Below, piece after piece: positions 61,881 through 64,000 of a stretch of 64,000 nucleotides of DNA. A model generated the notes under the pieces. That model was not told where the DNA came from, did no database searches, and saw only the letters and a list, made by a program, of their open reading frames with translations. This DNA comes from the human T2T-CHM13v2.0 reference genome, Homo sapiens. Numbering within the stretch: the stretch's first letter is position 1; each line of letters opens with the position of its first letter. The stretch lies in NCBI RefSeq assembly GCF_009914755.1, contig NC_060938.1, one strand, 5' to 3'. A program made the position numbers and the translations under genes.

Positions 61881-63032
61881 ATTGAGATTTCCTGCAGGCC
61901 AGCACAAGCCATACAGGCCTGCCTGCACAGAAGGCAGACACCTGCTTTGTCTTCTTGCATAGAAGCCACTTCTATGAGCTGTAAGTTTTCCCTGGCCCCC
62001 TGCGAGGTTTCATGATAGGAAAGATAAGGGCATCTTTGTATCTGATGGAAATGATTCAGAAGAGAGAAAAACATATGCTGATGTAGGAAAGTGAGGAGAG
62101 GATTTCTAGGGTGATGTTCCTGAGTAGCAGGGGGCCGTAGGTCCAGTGCGTAAATGAGGAGATCGGCTTTAGTTTGTGCCAACGTGGGAAGGCACTAAGT
62201 GCAGCTGTGCTGACAGGTGAGTGCATATACCAATATGTACGGAAATGTGTGGGGGGCACCCAGGCTGGGAGTGGACCCTCGACACTTCTGAACAGGACAA
62301 TGGCTATTTCAAAGCCACCAGCAGTTTTCTGCTCCTAAAGGTGGACCCTGGGAAACAGAGCTTTTCCTCTGGGGAAATCAGAGCAGCACCTGGCCTCAAA
62401 TTATGCAAATCCAAAGCAGGTGTCTGCCTCCTGCACAGAGGCCAGGTGGAAGTCATCCGAAGCCTAAATTCTGACATGTTCTACACACATGTAAGTTGGT
62501 GTGTGTCTGTTGACTTGGTTACTTCTTTTAGGGAAAAGGTGATTTTTCTGCTCAGTGTCTTCTAGGCCCTCCAGTCTGGAGAGGACTGCAGAAAGAATGC
62601 ATAGGGATAGCCCGTCCACCTCTGCTCTCCCATAGCGGGCCACTGAGCTCTCTGGACTAGGCTTCCCACCTGTAGATCAAAGCAACTTGACCACTTATCT
62701 CCCAGAAATAATGAGCTCAGAAGGTAGGAATGTTTGTTCCTATCATGTTCTAATGAAATGTAATTCCCTGGGGACGGTGAGCAAGCCCCCTGTCCTGCAA
62801 GAGGATTTGGAGTTTCTTCTCGGGAAGGTGGACAATACCCTGTCTGTCATTCCAAGGCCAGAAGTGACTGGGTAGGCAAGACATCCCTGGGGTGAGAGGA
62901 ACCTTCCTTTCTATGGCCCTCCTGGTGGGGAGGCCTGGCCTCAAGTCAAGGAGATGCGGAAAGCAGTCCCAGAGGGATGGGGGAGGCAGACCAGGCACTA
63001 GAAAAATGGAAGGAGGTGCCCTGGAAGAGATG

Positions 63033-63193
63033 CTGAGAGCAGCCTACACTTGGACTTCACAAGACGCCACTGAGAGCAGCCTGCACTTTACACCTGGACT
63101 CCACAAGACACCACTGAGAGCAGCCTACACTCTACACTTGGACTTCACAAGACGCCACTGAGAGCAGCTTACACTTGGACTTCACAAGACGCC
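63033..63193. repeat. Minisatellite, 4 units of 37/44/44/~36 bp, in a SERPINA12 intron
   Basis: Unit ctgagagcagcctacact(ctacact)tggacttcacaagacgcca at 63033, 63070, 63114 and 63158. Confidence 0.92.
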
Positions 63194-64000
63194 GCTTCTG
63201 TGCGCTGTAAGTTATCCTGGGTCCCTGTGAGGAGCTTTGGTTCTGTTATTCCCAAACCTCCAGGAAGTCTGGCACTAGCCTACAGAAAATCTCAAAGGTT
63301 CTATTTCACTCTTGTGTAAAGGTGCAAAAGGAGATGAAGCCTGAAGCCAGAGAGATGGTGGCAGTGCCCAGGGAACATCTGTGTGGTTGGTGGTGGCCTG
63401 ATGGTGGTCACAGCACCAGGGGCTGCAGAGGGCCTCAGTGAGGGGAATGTGAAGCCCCCAGTGTAGCACCTGAGCTGTAGCCCCATGGAGAAATTGTCAG
63501 ACATGGCTTGGAGATAGGGGTGGAGTGCACTCAGGACGGTGAGTTCCAGCAAATCAACTGCAGAGTCTCAAGCCACTGTAATTTGAGTCCTACGGGAAAT
63601 GTCATATTCTGGAGTCCATGTCTCACAAAGCCAGACTTCTGGATGAAGTGGGGTGGAAGACCTGGCATCCCTCCCATTTCTTACCTTCTCTTCATGTTCT
63701 ACACCCCCCAGTTCCCTAGGGAGATCTCTCAAGACATCTCTGTGAACTCTAAAAATCTGTAGAGTGCAGGCTGAAACACGTCAGTCCCTTTGGGGATGTC
63801 CCCATGTTGAGACAACATGGGGGAACCCGTGGGTGGTAACTGAACTGAACTGATGTGACTCCTTTCACACGGAACATGGCTTGGAGGCATTGCAGAATGC
63901 ATCTCTGATATCTAGAGTGAGCTGCAGGCTTGAGAAAGGAAAATTCTGGTTCTGAATGCTTTCAATAAAGTCACATTTATGGAAGGGGGGAGCTAAGTGA

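Noticed and set aside
63033-63193. Regularly spaced ~37-bp repeats superficially like a CRISPR array
   Set aside because: Units are contiguous with no unique spacers, there are no cas genes, and the context is eukaryotic; it is a minisatellite.

Overview
Primate, almost certainly human, genomic DNA from the clade-A serpin cluster (14q32.1, by recognition of the proteins). Three paralogous serpin genes lie in tandem on the minus strand. SERPINA11 is complete: 4 coding exons, 12123-18291, 422 aa, with a probable non-coding exon 1 near 22241-22310. SERPINA9 (centerin/GCET1) is complete: 4 coding exons, 32606-39342, 417 aa, plus an upstream exon ending at 45636 that can add 18 aa. SERPINA12 (vaspin) is represented only by its last two coding exons; the rest lies beyond 64000. 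I reconstructed all exon boundaries by hand from GT/AG sites and reading frame. The paralogues share 274-nt and 148-nt internal exons and intron phases 1, 2, 0. The remainder is mostly repeats: a near-full-length L1PB-type LINE, older L1/L2/MIR fragments, about ten Alus, MaLR/ERV LTRs, a solo HERV-K LTR5A-like element, hAT DNA transposons and simple repeats. Almost all short ORFs in the track are repeat-derived or chance. I see no new gene family or prokaryote-style system. The most interesting signals cluster at SERPINA9. Its first exon appears to be carved from an antisense L2, just downstream of a perfect 37-bp tandem duplication carrying two Ig-type octamers. A tandem 5' donor can shunt the upstream ATG into a 175-aa overlapping frame. 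An exact 300-nt in-frame exitron lies inside exon 2. Repeat subfamily names come from memory of consensus sequences, and repeat edges are approximate unless target-site duplications (TSDs) are quoted.
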